This document shows, piece by piece, positions 12,797-27,380 of a DNA stretch of 64,000 nucleotides. The notes under the pieces are model-generated. The model was given only the letters and a program-made list of their open reading frames with translations. It was not told where the DNA came from and searched no databases. The DNA is from Eledone cirrhosa. Its lineage: Eukaryota. The translations under genes and the position numbers were made by a program. Position 1 is the stretch's first letter; the number at the start of each line of letters is the position of its first letter. The stretch spans positions 12,586,001 through 12,650,000 of the forward strand of contig OZ024746.1 in the NCBI GenBank assembly GCA_964016885.1. Direction: 5' to 3'.

Positions 12797-13972
12797 ATGG
12801 CTAACCAGCAAAAATCCAAACAGAACTGGTCTGATAATGAAATCGACATTCTAATAAACACATGGCATTGCCTTTCCCAAACAGAAAATATAGATGCTTC
12901 ATCTCTGAACGACATTGCTAAACGTACAGTTCAATTTTTGAAAACTCGATCTGAACAACAGATTCAAAATAAATTAAAGCAAATCGAAATTGCTTTTAAA
13001 TTAATCAATAAACATTTGGATAAACTACGGTGTGTTTTCTCTTCGAATGCTGTCCAGCAGCAGCAACAACAACAACAGCAGCTACAACAGCAACGGCAAC
13101 AACAGCAACAACAACAACATCAACAACAGCTACAACAACAACAACAACAGCAACAACAACAACAACAACGACAACAACAGTGTGAACCACTCCTTGATTC
13201 ATCAACAATGGCCGATCTACTAAATGAAACTATTGACCCCCCAGTAGCCTCTGTCTCACAGCATGAAACGCCACATCCTTTCTCTGGCCCAGCAGTCCAA
13301 TCATCACCACTGCCAACATCTCTGCCTACTACTACTACTACTACTACAACATTTTTGTCTACTGCTATGTCAAGGAATTTACCTTCTAATACCAGAACAA
13401 GAACTCTCCCTCCCACAGTCCACAAAGGTCGTCAAATCCTACCCAAACCATCATCTACACCTCTCACAACACCCACACCCACATACCCACCCACTCGAAA
13501 CCCCATCATTTGCCGTTACTCTCTACGCTATAGAATATGTACGGATAGTGGCTGCAAATTCACCCATTTACCTAGGACAAAACGATCTATCCCCACAAAC
13601 AGCCACCACCATAATACATACTCTAATTTAACACCAACACAACCACCAATAACTCAAACAAGGAATCCACAAATCTGCCGTTTTTCCCTGCGAGACAGAT
13701 TGTGTTTAGACCGGGATTGTCCCTTTACCCATCTCCCGGGGACCCGTCGGATAAATGAAAATAAAATTAAAAATAAAAGCAAAAACAAAAACCATAACCT
13801 ACATAAAAATAACCACTACCACAGTCACCAACAGTCTTCTAAACAGGAAACTTCTTCCTCTTTTTTAGCCATAATGAATCTGGCAAAAGAACTGGAAAAA
13901 AACATTCGAGCTATCACCCAGCACCACCCTCCACTATCACCCCACTGCACAAACTCCCATTGCTGCCATTAA
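12797..13972 (+). CDS. LINE ORF1, 391 aa: Myb/SANT-like N-terminus, polyQ, Pro/Thr linker, two CCCH zinc fingers
   Basis: WSDNEIDILINTW...RSEQQIQNKLKQI resembles Myb/SANT-like domains; CRYSLRYRICTDSGCKFTH and CRFSLRDRLCLDRDCPFTH fit C-x8-C-x4-C-x3-H. Confidence 0.85.
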   Translation: MANQQKSKQNWSDNEIDILINTWHCLSQTENIDASSLNDIAKRTVQFLKTRSEQQIQNKLKQIEIAFKLINKHLDKLRCVFSSNAVQQQQQQQQQLQQQRQQQQQQQHQQQLQQQQQQQQQQQQRQQQCEPLLDSSTMADLLNETIDPPVASVSQHETPHPFSGPAVQSSPLPTSLPTTTTTTTTFLSTAMSRNLPSNTRTRTLPPTVHKGRQILPKPSSTPLTTPTPTYPPTRNPIICRYSLRYRICTDSGCKFTHLPRTKRSIPTNSHHHNTYSNLTPTQPPITQTRNPQICRFSLRDRLCLDRDCPFTHLPGTRRINENKIKNKSKNKNHNLHKNNHYHSHQQSSKQETSSSFLAIMNLAKELEKNIRAITQHHPPLSPHCTNSHCCH

Positions 13973-16900
13973 CAAACAAACAAATTAACAACACACCAAA
14001 ACAATTAAAACCATCCACTCTCGCCTCTACATTTTTGCTTAACGCCCAAGGCATCAGCCCTTCCACCAATACTCAAAAATGGAAGATCAAATTCCTGGAG
14101 GACTGGATTGATGTCCATCCAAACCACATCCCTTTCTTCGTCCTCACTGAAACCCATCTCAGTAACCTCCACTTGGAAGCCGAGGTGAAAGTGAAAAATT
14201 TCAAAGCCATCCGTGCTGATCGCGCTGGCAGAAGAAAGGGCGGAACTGCCATTTATGTCCATAATTCTTTCTCAACAGAGGCTATGAACATATTCACTAA
14301 TGGATACTGTGAGGCAGTCACTGTATTCAGTCAAACCAACAACCTATTAGTAGTTGGGCTCTATAGGCCACCCCAAACGCCTGTACCATGCTTCAAGGAA
14401 TGCCTCAACAGCATAAAGTGTTTCATCCAAGAGTGTCACCCTGACAACATCTTAATGATGGGGGACTTCAACCTCCCCGGAGTTGACTGGTCCACAAACA
14501 CCCTGCCACCAGGTTCTTCTGCCTCAACCTCTGACAGGGAAGCTGTGGAATCGCTTCTTGACTTCATGGATGATTTCTTCCTATCCCAACTAGTGCTCGA
14601 ACCAACGAGGTGCCACAAAAACGTCCTAGACTTAATTTTCAGCAATCACACTGACAATATCCACAATATTGCAGTGGAGAAAACTCTACTCTCTGATCAT
14701 GACATGGTTCTCTGTGATCTGAGATTCCACCGTCCAATATACAAACCCAATGTCATTTCTCCTGTCCATCCGTTTGACGCTATGGATTTCCACAATGCAA
14801 ACTGGGAAGCGATCAGTCATGATCTTGCACATGTCGACTGGTCCTTCACGCACACTCATACACCCACTAACATCAAAAAGTCCTGGCAGACATTTGTGGT
14901 CACTGTTACAAACATATGTGCTAAACACACCCCATTAAGAACTATAAACAAATCTAAGAGCAGAATCCCTAGAAATAGAAAAACACTCATCAGAAAAATT
15001 AAGAGAACGAACAAAAAAATCAACAAGCTGAAATACTGTCAGCAGCAACACATCAACTTGACTGCCATTTCATCACTAGAGATTAAAAAACATAACCTCC
15101 AAAACAACATAATGTCCCTCATCAACAATCAGAGAAGAGCTGAAGAGGCCTGGGCCATTGAGAAGATCAAACTCAATCCCAAAGTGTTCTTTTCATTTGC
15201 AAAAAAACACAAAATCACTGGCTCTACTGTTGGCCCTCTAATTGATGAAAATGGCACTCTTCAAGACAATGCTAAAACCATGGGTGAGATACTGCAGAAA
15301 CAATACTGCTCTGTTTTCAGCAATCCTGATATGGCCGATCTGGGCTGTATCGGCGATGTTACTCCCCATTACACCTTATCGGACATAACGTTTGGCGCCC
15401 CTGATGTCTTGGCGGCAATAAAGGAAATCAAGCATAATTCAGCAGTAGGTCCCGATAGGTTCCCTGCTTGTGTCTTGAAGGCGTGTCAACACCAACTTGC
15501 TTCTCCTCTTGCCAATCTGTGGCGGAACTCACTGGATGCTGGATATGTGCCAGAAAACCTTCTATCCCAGTCTGTTGTCCCAGTTTTCAAAAAGGGAAAC
15601 AAATCCCTTGCCGTGAATTACCGTCCAATCTCACTCACCTCTCATATCATTAAGGTATTTGAGCGAGTGGTGAGATCGCGAATGACCCACTTCCTTGAGA
15701 GTAACAATATGCTGAACTCCAACCAGCATGGATTCCGTAATGGAAGGGATTGCCTGACGCAACTACTGCATCACTTTGATGACATTTTGAGAGCCTTGGG
15801 AGAGGGTTCCAACACTGATGTTATCTACCTTGATTTCAGCAAGGCCTTTGACAGGGTTGATCATAACATTCTACTGAGAAAGCTGTCCAATATTGGTGTC
15901 ACTGGAAAGCTGCTGCAGTGGATCAAGAGCTTCCTGTCAAACAGAACCCAACATGTTGTAGTTGAGGGAGTCAAATCAAGCCCAGCCAAAGTCAGTAGTG
16001 GAGTCCCACAAGGCACTGTGTTGGGCCCACTTCTCTTCATCATCTATATTAATGACATCACTGACATCATCAAACACAGCAACATTAAAATTTTCGCTGA
16101 TGATTCCAAGCTCCAAAAGGTCATCAATGGCGTGGATGACCGGATAAGCCTTCAGTCAGACCTACTGGCTGTTACCCAATGGGCAGAAAAGAACAACATG
16201 CTACTGAACGAAGACAAATTCGAACTGATCCACTTTGGAAAAGAGGATGCTCTGAAACTCCCGTACTCCCTTCCCTCCGGGGAAACTCTCGTGGCATCTA
16301 ACAACATCAGAGACTTGGGAGTAACCGTGGACAGCAACATAAGCTGGACCACGCATATAAGCAGCAAAGTTGACATGGCCCGCAGAATGTGTTCCTGGAT
16401 CCTCAGAACCTTCCAGTCGAGAGATTCCCGCACCATTATCCTTCTCTTCTCTACTTTCGCCCGACCACACCTTGAATACTGTTGTCCACTGTGGTCTCCC
16501 CACACGAAACAAAGTATCATGAAACTTGAAGCTCCTCAAAGGGCAATCACGAAAAAGATAGATGGCATGTCAGACCTTGACTACTGGGGTCGATTGGAAA
16601 ACCTGAAACTTTACTCACTCCAACGTCGCCGTGAGCGTTATATTATCTGCATGATGTGGAAAATGTTCCATCATCACTGCCCAAATGATGTTGGCATCGC
16701 CTTCAAGATACACCCAAGGCTTGGGCCCCGTGCTATCCGTCCCATTCAAAAATCTAAATCGCAACTCATAACAACAATACGGCACAATTATTTCACCTCA
16801 ATCGGCCCTGCTCTCTTCAACATCACACCAGGACACGTCAAAACAGAAACTGACCACACAAAATTCAAGAAGTCTTTGGACAAATTCCTCCAAGTAATCC

Positions 16901-16980
16901 CGGACAAACCACCCACACCCGGATATGTCTCCGCAAACAGTAATTCTCTTCTCGAATGGGCCATGGTGCCCAAATCCTGA
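13861..16980 (+). CDS. LINE ORF2: apurinic-like endonuclease + reverse transcriptase. Start uncertain: frame open from 13843; start placed at the putative -1 frameshift site
   Basis: APE motifs LNAQG, LTETHL, GDFN, LDL, SDH; RT motifs YRPISLTS, QHGFR, DFSKAFDRV, GVPQGTVLGPLLF, FADD; no stop for more than 1000 codons. Confidence 0.93.
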   Translation, partial: FFSHNESGKRTGKKHSSYHPAPPSTITPLHKLPLLPLTNKQINNTPKQLKPSTLASTFLLNAQGISPSTNTQKWKIKFLEDWIDVHPNHIPFFVLTETHLSNLHLEAEVKVKNFKAIRADRAGRRKGGTAIYVHNSFSTEAMNIFTNGYCEAVTVFSQTNNLLVVGLYRPPQTPVPCFKECLNSIKCFIQECHPDNILMMGDFNLPGVDWSTNTLPPGSSASTSDREAVESLLDFMDDFFLSQLVLEPTRCHKNVLDLIFSNHTDNIHNIAVEKTLLSDHDMVLCDLRFHRPIYKPNVISPVHPFDAMDFHNANWEAISHDLAHVDWSFTHTHTPTNIKKSWQTFVVTVTNICAKHTPLRTINKSKSRIPRNRKTLIRKIKRTNKKINKLKYCQQQHINLTAISSLEIKKHNLQNNIMSLINNQRRAEEAWAIEKIKLNPKVFFSFAKKHKITGSTVGPLIDENGTLQDNAKTMGEILQKQYCSVFSNPDMADLGCIGDVTPHYTLSDITFGAPDVLAAIKEIKHNSAVGPDRFPACVLKACQHQLASPLANLWRNSLDAGYVPENLLSQSVVPVFKKGNKSLAVNYRPISLTSHIIKVFERVVRSRMTHFLESNNMLNSNQHGFRNGRDCLTQLLHHFDDILRALGEGSNTDVIYLDFSKAFDRVDHNILLRKLSNIGVTGKLLQWIKSFLSNRTQHVVVEGVKSSPAKVSSGVPQGTVLGPLLFIIYINDITDIIKHSNIKIFADDSKLQKVINGVDDRISLQSDLLAVTQWAEKNNMLLNEDKFELIHFGKEDALKLPYSLPSGETLVASNNIRDLGVTVDSNISWTTHISSKVDMARRMCSWILRTFQSRDSRTIILLFSTFARPHLEYCCPLWSPHTKQSIMKLEAPQRAITKKIDGMSDLDYWGRLENLKLYSLQRRRERYIICMMWKMFHHHCPNDVGIAFKIHPRLGPRAIRPIQKSKSQLITTIRHNYFTSIGPALFNITPGHVKTETDHTKFKKSLDKFLQVIPDKPPTPGYVSANSNSLLEWAMVPKS

Positions 16981-17067
16981 ATTGAAAGACTTCGCCAGGT
17001 GGTGCTATTAAGTTAGACATGGCCTGGGCCAATACTGGCCAAAACATTTCAAAGTTATTCAAAGTTA

Positions 17068-20066
<2,999 letters not shown>

Positions 20067-20144
20067 GAGTAATGAAAAATAAGATTTAGTTATATCCAAA
20101 GTTGGTAGAGCACTCAGTCCAAAGGACGAGTTGGGTATAAAGTT

Positions 20145-21653
20145 AATTCCACAACAATTACCAAACAATAGGATAGAACGAAGGTATTTTTGGAGGAGCT
20201 AAATTTGTTGTCTCTGCTAAGATTGTCTTGGAAGGGGCTAGAGTGCTTATAGAAGGTATGTTAGTGGCTAAGTCTAGAATACTTGCCTTATAGAAGGTAT
20301 GTTAGTGGCTAAGTCTAGAATACTTGCCTTATAGAAGGTATGTTAGTGGCTAAGTCTAGAATACTTGCCTTATAGAAGGTATGTTAGTGGCTAAGTCTAG
20401 AATACTTGCCTTATAGAAGGTATGTTAGTGGCTAAGTCTAGAATACTTGCCTTATAGAAGGTATGTTAGTGGCTAAGTCTAGAATACTTGCCTTATAGAA
20501 GGTATGTTAGTGGCTAAGTCTAGAATACTTGCCTTATAGAAGGTATGTTAGTGGCTAAGTCTAGAATACTTGCCTTATAGAAGGTATGTTAGTGGCTAAG
20601 TCTAGAATACTTGCCTTATAGAAGGTATGTTAGTGGCTAAGTCTAGAATACTTGCCTTATAGAAGGTATGTTAGTGGCTAAGTCTAGAATACTTGCCTTA
20701 TAGAAGGTATGTTAGTGGCTAAGTCTAGAATACTTGCCTTATAGAAGGTATGTTAGTGGCTAAGTCTAGAATACTTGCCTTATAGAAGGTATGTTAGTGG
20801 CTAAGTCTAGAATACTTGCCTTATAGAAGGTATGTTAGTGGCTAAGTCTAGAATACTTGCCTTATAGAAGGTATGTTAGTGGCTAAGTCTAGAATACTTG
20901 CCTTATAGAAGGTATGTTAGTGGCTAAGTCTAGAATACTTGCCTTATAGAAGGTATGTTAGTGGCTAAGTCTAGAATACTTGCCTTATAGAAGGTATGTT
21001 AGTGGCTAAGTCTAGAATACTTGCCTTATAGAAGGTATGTTAGTGGCTAAGTCTAGAATACTTGCCTTATAGAAGGTATGTTAGTGGCTAAGTCTAGAAT
21101 ACTTGCCTTATAGAAGGTATGTTAGTAGCTAAGTCTAGAATACTTGCCTTATAGAAGGTATGTTAGTGGCTAAGTCTAGAATACTTGCCTTATAGAAGGT
21201 ATGTTAGTGGCTAAGTCTAGAATACTTGCCTTATAGAAGGTATGTTAGTGGCTAAGTCTAGAATACTTGCCTTATAGAAGGTATGTTAGTGGCTAAGTCT
21301 AGAATACTTGCCTTATAGAAGGTATGTTAGTGGCTAAGTCTAGAATACTTGCCTTAAAACGAAAGTTGATTTCTTTTCAACCACTGTCCCCACGCCTCAA
21401 ATTTTTTGTTACATAACTGGAAGGGTGATATCCCAGGCTAAACTATCACAAGATATTGTTCTTTAAAGTTATCTCCCCTACAAACCTCTAATTGGACTTA
21501 CTTCCCCTATTGCAGAAATGAAAACTGACCTATTCTGCGCAGAATCCATCCAGTTCAAAAATACTTATTAACACAGTAACCATACATGAGTTGGAAATAC
21601 TTTTTAGGTGAAACATGCATTCTCAAGTATGCTTTGGTAATTGTTGTGGAATT
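20145..21653. mobile_element. Putative non-autonomous TIR element carrying an internal minisatellite
   Basis: Perfect 21-bp inverted repeat AATTCCACAACAATTACCAAA (20145-20165) / TTTGGTAATTGTTGTGGAATT (21633-21653). Confidence 0.6.
20247..21353. repeat. 41-bp minisatellite, 27 near-identical copies (TTATAGAAGGTATGTTAGTGGCTAAGTCTAGAATACTTGCC)
   Basis: 1107 bp = 27 x 41; only one substitution seen (near 21127). Confidence 0.97.
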
Positions 21654-21704
21654 TATATATACATAATATATATATATATATATACAGTATATATATAATA
21701 TATA

Positions 21705-21987
21705 TCATCATCATCATCATTTTACGTCTGCTTTTCCCTGCTTGCTCTATTCAGCACAGCATCTTTCCACTTGTCACGGTCCTTCGTCATCTCCTCCGTG
21801 AGTTTCAGCGATCTGAGGACCGCACTCACCACCTTTGTCTATGTTTTTCGTAGTCTTCCTCTACTGTGTCTTCTTTCTAATGGGATTTCCTGGCACCTCT
21901 TCACCCAGCGGTCATCCTCCATGCACATCACATGTTCATACCATCTCATGTTCATACCATCACATGTTCATACCATCTTCTCTCCTG

Positions 21988-21990
<3 letters not shown>
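21705..21990 (-). mobile_element. Decayed RTE LINE 3' fragment flanked by (TA)n
   Basis: Similar to the C-terminal part and (GAT)n tail of the 10232-11528 element. Confidence 0.65.
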
Positions 21991-22026
<36 letters not shown>

Positions 22027-22029
22027 CAG

Positions 22030-22224
22030 AGTTCAAGAAGTCTTTGGACAAATTCCTTCAAGAAATCCCGGATAAACCTGCTACACCCGGATATGCCTCC
22101 GTAAACAATAACTCTCTACTTGAGTGGGCCATGGTGCCCAAATCCTGATTTGAAAGACTTCGCCAAGTGGTGTTATTAAGTTAGACATGGCCTGGGCCAA
22201 TACTGGCCGAAACCTATCAAAGTA
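22030..22224 (+). mobile_element. 5'-truncated second copy of the 12073-17067 LINE (end of ORF2 + 3'UTR)
   Basis: Aligns by eye to 16863-17066 (FKKSLDKFLQ...LLEWAMVPKS*); flanked by (TA)n on both sides. Confidence 0.93.
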
Positions 22225-22282
22225 TATATATATATAATATACACACACATATATATATATATATAATATACATATAATATAC

Positions 22283-22313
<31 letters not shown>

Positions 22314-22397
22314 CTACACATACACACACATATTGGCCGCTTGCTGAATGACCTGAGGTCACTATATATGGATGTTTGACATTATTTGTTTGCCTTT

Positions 22398-22672
22398 CCG
22401 AGGTTAACTTTGCCTTTCATCCTTACAGGGGTCGATAAAATAAAGTACCAGTAATGTACTGGGTAATTGCTGGCCTTGTGCCAAGGATTGGCAGTATTGG
22501 TAGAGGGTCAGACGCCATGCTTTGATGCATAAAGTTATGGCCCTTTCCATTCTGAGTTCAAATCCCGCCGAGGTTAATTTTGCCTTTCATCCTTACGGGG
22601 TCGATAAAATAAAGTACCAGTAATACACTGGGTAATTGCTGGCCTTGTGCCAAAAGTAGAAACAATTATTAT
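22398..22672 (+). mobile_element. Partial plus complete family A SINE dimer
   Basis: Two successive GCCTTTCATCCTTAC..GGTCGATAAAATAAAGTACCAG bodies. Confidence 0.85.
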
Positions 22673-22719
22673 TTATATATATATATACATACATCCATAT
22701 ACATACATATATATATACA

Positions 22720-22749
<30 letters not shown>

Positions 22750-22750
<1 letters not shown>

Positions 22751-22980
22751 GGTGGCTGCTAACTCGTTTTCGAGTATGGCCACTACTTTATATCCATGTA
22801 GGAGAACCCCTACCGATGCGCTGAACGTGTGTGACCTTTCAGTCCAACCAGCGACTTGAAAACTCTGGTACAAACACTACACTTGTGGCAATTATTGACA
22901 CATAGTACTGGGCCCATGGTACCATGTGACGACAAGGGCAGAGAGATCTCCAAATATAAAGCAATGCTTGTGCCGTGAAG
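22750..22980 (-). mobile_element. RTE LINE extreme 3' fragment (C-terminal C2H2 finger) flanked by (TA)n
   Basis: Minus-strand translation [23 protein letters not shown] resembles CKECKSLAGLKSH in the 6541-8962 element. Confidence 0.65.
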
Positions 22981-23316
22981 CATATATGTATGTATATATA
23001 TATATATATATATACATACATATATATATACATATATATACATACATACATACATATATATACACATATATATACATACATATATATACACATATATATA
23101 CATACATATATATATACATACATATATATATACATACATATATATACACATATATATACATACATATATATATACATACATATATATACATATATATACA
23201 TACATATATATATATACATATATATACATACATATATATATACATATATATATACATACATATATATATACATACATATATATATACATACATATATATA
23301 CACATATATATACATA

Positions 23317-23350
<34 letters not shown>

Positions 23351-23357
23351 CATATAC

Positions 23358-23390
<33 letters not shown>

Positions 23391-23459
23391 CATATATATA
23401 CATACATATACATATACATATATATACATACATATACATATATATACATATACATATAC

Positions 23460-23496
<37 letters not shown>

Positions 23497-23655
23497 CATA
23501 TATATACATACATATATATACATATATATACATACATACATATACATATATATACATACATACATATATATACATACATATACATACATACATATACATA
23601 CATATATATACATACATACATATACATACATATACATACATATACATACATACAC

Positions 23656-23717
<62 letters not shown>

Positions 23718-24107
23718 ATACATACATACATATATATATACATATATACATACATATATATATATATATATACATACATATATATATATATATATACATA
23801 CATATATATATATATACATATATACATATATATATACATACATATATATATATATACATATATACATATATATATACATATATATATACATATATATATA
23901 CATATATATACATATATATATACATATATATATATATACATATACATATACATATATATATACATATACATATACATATATATATACATATATATATATA
24001 TACATATATACATATATATATATATACATATATACATATATATATATATACATATATACATATATATATATATATACATATATACATATATATACATATA
24101 TACATAT

Positions 24108-24168
<61 letters not shown>

Positions 24169-24263
24169 TATATACATATATATACATATATATATATATA
24201 CATATATATACATATATATATATATACATATATATACATATATATATATATACATATATATAC

Positions 24264-24312
<49 letters not shown>

Positions 24313-24375
24313 CATTTATATATATATACATATATATATATATATACATATATATACATATATATATATATATAC

Positions 24376-24418
<43 letters not shown>

Positions 24419-24764
24419 TATACATATATATATATATACATATATACATATACATATATATATATATACATATATACATATACATATATATATATATACA
24501 TATATACATATACATATATATATATATACATATACATATATATATACATACATATATATATATACATATATATATATACACATATATATATATACATATA
24601 TATATATACATATATATATATACATATATATATATACATATATATATATACATATATATATACATATATATACATATATATACATATATATATATACATA
24701 TATATACATATATATATATACATATATATACATATATATATACATATATATACATATATATACA

Positions 24765-24796
<32 letters not shown>

Positions 24797-25281
24797 CATA
24801 TATATACATATATATATATACATATATATACATATATATATATACATATATATATATACATATATATACATATATATATATACATATATATACATATATA
24901 TACATATATATACATATATATACATATATATACATATATATATATATACATATATATACATATACATATATATACATATATATATATACATATATATATA
25001 TACATATATATACATATATATATATATACATATATATACATATATATACATATATATATATATACATATATATACATATATATATATATACATATATATA
25101 CATATATATATATATACATATATATACATATATATATACATATATATATACATATATATATACATATATATACATACATATACATACATATACATATATA
25201 CATATATATACATACATATACATACATATACATATATATACATACATATATATATATATACATACATATATATATATATGC

Positions 25282-25330
<49 letters not shown>

Positions 25331-25362
25331 CATACATATATATATATATCTATATATATCTA
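22981..25362. repeat. ~2.4-kb (TA)n/(TACA)n compound microsatellite
   Basis: Direct inspection. Confidence 0.97.
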
Positions 25363-25367
25363 TTATA

Positions 25368-25567
25368 TTGGTGGATTGGCAGTATTGGTAGAGGGTCGGA
25401 CACCATGCTTTGATGCATAGAGTTACGGTCCTTTCCAATCTGAGTTCAAATCCCGCCGAGGTTACCTTTGCTTTTCATCTTTATGGGGTCGATAAAATAA
25501 AGTACCAGTAATGCACTGGGTAATTGCTGGTCTTGTGCCAAAAGTAGAAACAATTATTATTATTATT
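25368..25567 (+). mobile_element. Family A SINE
   Basis: Complete head, body and (ATT)n tail. Confidence 0.85.
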
Positions 25568-25569
25568 TT

Positions 25570-26500
25570 GATATCTTGGTCATTGATTTTATTTAACTGG
25601 AAAATTTGGCCAAATGAACATCAAATCACTACCTGCAACTCAAATATTCAGGGTGTATTGAAGGGTCCTTGCTGTTCTCAATGCCTTTTGAAGTGTTCCA
25701 AAAAAGAGGGCCATGCTAATGTTCTTTAACCAGCCTTGGAAGCTCTTCAAGATAATACCTAGTGCTGCTATAACAATGGAATTGACCTTCATCTCATGAC
25801 AAATCATCTTCAAATCCTGGTACCGGTTAATTTTCTCCTTCTCCTTTTCTTGCATTCTTGTGTTAAAAGGGCAGGCTACATCTATAATCAAGCAAGATCT
25901 TTTTTCCTTGTCAAAAACCACCAAGTCAGACCTATTCTAATTCTTTTTCGGTTTTTATCTTGAGATCCTACAGCAATTGTTTTTCTGTCACTGACTCTGG
26001 CTTATGCTCATACCATTTCTCAGAATGAGGTAAATCATTCAGTTTACAGAAATGCCAGTGAATCACCTTTCCTATTATATCATCCCTCCATCCTTTATAA
26101 TGTGATTTTAATATGTTGCTTACTCTCCTTATGTATTCAGATCTTATCATCTCCTTCATTTTATTGTCCTTGATGTTATCTACCTCCAGAACACCCAAAT
26201 ACCTATATCCCACTTCAGTGTTGATCTCCTTTATCATCTCAACTGTTGATGTCTCGATTCCTTTGCTTCTCTTCAATTTACCTCTCTTCATCACTAGAAC
26301 TCCACACTTATTAACACCAAATTCCATACATATATCATTGGTGAAAATAAGGACAGTATTAATAAATACATTCAACTTCTCGCTCTTCCTGAAGAGTTTT
26401 AGGTTGTCCATGAAGTGGAGGTAGTTGATGGTAAGCTCTCCTGTTCCCGATTCATATCCTGCCTTCACTCTTCGCAATACAGAGTACTCACTACACAACA
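25570..26500 (-). mobile_element. Decayed R4/Dong-like LINE (RT + restriction-like endonuclease), internally deleted
   Basis: INYLHFMDNLKLF (degenerate YMDD), YRYLGVLE, VIHW..KWYEHKPESV, and LVVFDKE..CLIIDVACPF (RLE). Confidence 0.8.
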
Positions 26501-26571
26501 TTCTCCTCATTTATTCAGTGCAGCATAGCCAGAAGATTGGTAAATATATATATATATATATATATATAGAT

Positions 26572-26606
<35 letters not shown>

Positions 26607-26879
26607 AATAACAAAAAAGAACAAGGTTGGGTGGATGTGGAGTGTAAATATGTGGTGAGAGGGTCATATTGAATTGGAGACTGGAGGTGTTGTAGCAAAG
26701 AGAGACAGAAGTAGTAGAAGAGAAGCAGTAATTGGAGAATAGTTTGAGAATATAATAAAGATGTACAGTGAAGGGATTGATGGCAGCTACATGTTTGTTG
26801 CTGACAGAGAGAGAGAGAACAAGTTTGAGTTGTGAAGGCTACTGGAAGATGTGTTGAGGAGAGTGAGTGATGGCTGACG

Positions 26880-27380
26880 GCTATACATGAATGATAGAGC
26901 ATTAATGAGCTGAGAGAAAAACTGAGTATAAGAGGGATTAGATGCAGTGTGTTAGAGAAAAGATTGCACTGATATGGGTATGAGATGCATATGAATGATG
27001 ACAGCTGTATAAAGAAGTGCAAAGTACTCCAAGTAGACTAAACCTGAAAAAGATCAAACCTAGAGCATAGGACTTAGTGGTGAAGGCTGACCTCAAAAGG
27101 TCAAAGAGAAATCATCATCATAATTTAACGTCCATTTTCCACGCTAGCATGGGTAGGGCTGGGTGTCGCTTTGTGAGAGATCTGGTCAGAGGACCGAGTT
27201 TCAATCACACAGGGCTGATTTGGGCTTGGTTTCTATGGCTGAATGCCCTTCCTAATGCTAACCACATTTACAGTGTGTGCTGGGTGCTTTTTGTCATGTC
27301 ACCTACATGACCACTTTACAGCATGCACTGGGCACTTTTTGTTATGTCGCCAACACGACTACTTTACAGTGTAAGCTGGA
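26880..27380. mobile_element. Decayed RTE 3' fragments in opposite orientations
   Basis: 26890-27100 resembles the reverse complement of the C-terminus of the 10232-11528 element; 27112-27380 matches its 3'UTR (TGCCCTTCCTAATGCTAACC). Related remnants lie at about 170-430, 32840-33075, 33415-33620 and 60895-61110. Confidence 0.6.

Larger units (their letters stand above)
12073..17067 (+). mobile_element. Apparently full-length, intact CR1-group (CR1/L2 superfamily) LINE inserted in (TA)n; exact clade not determined
   Basis: ~720-bp 5'UTR starting CAGTT, ORF1, uninterrupted APE+RT ORF2, short 3'UTR ending in a (TTCAAAGTTA)2 tail. Confidence 0.92.

Noticed and set aside
13960-13962. TTG as the ORF2 start codon, as given in the ORF track
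   Set aside because: The frame is open about 117 nt further upstream and TTG initiation is inefficient in animals; not fully excluded, but the frameshift model fits better.
20247-21353. CRISPR-like array
   Set aside because: Units are contiguous and essentially identical, with no unique spacers, no cas genes and a eukaryotic context.
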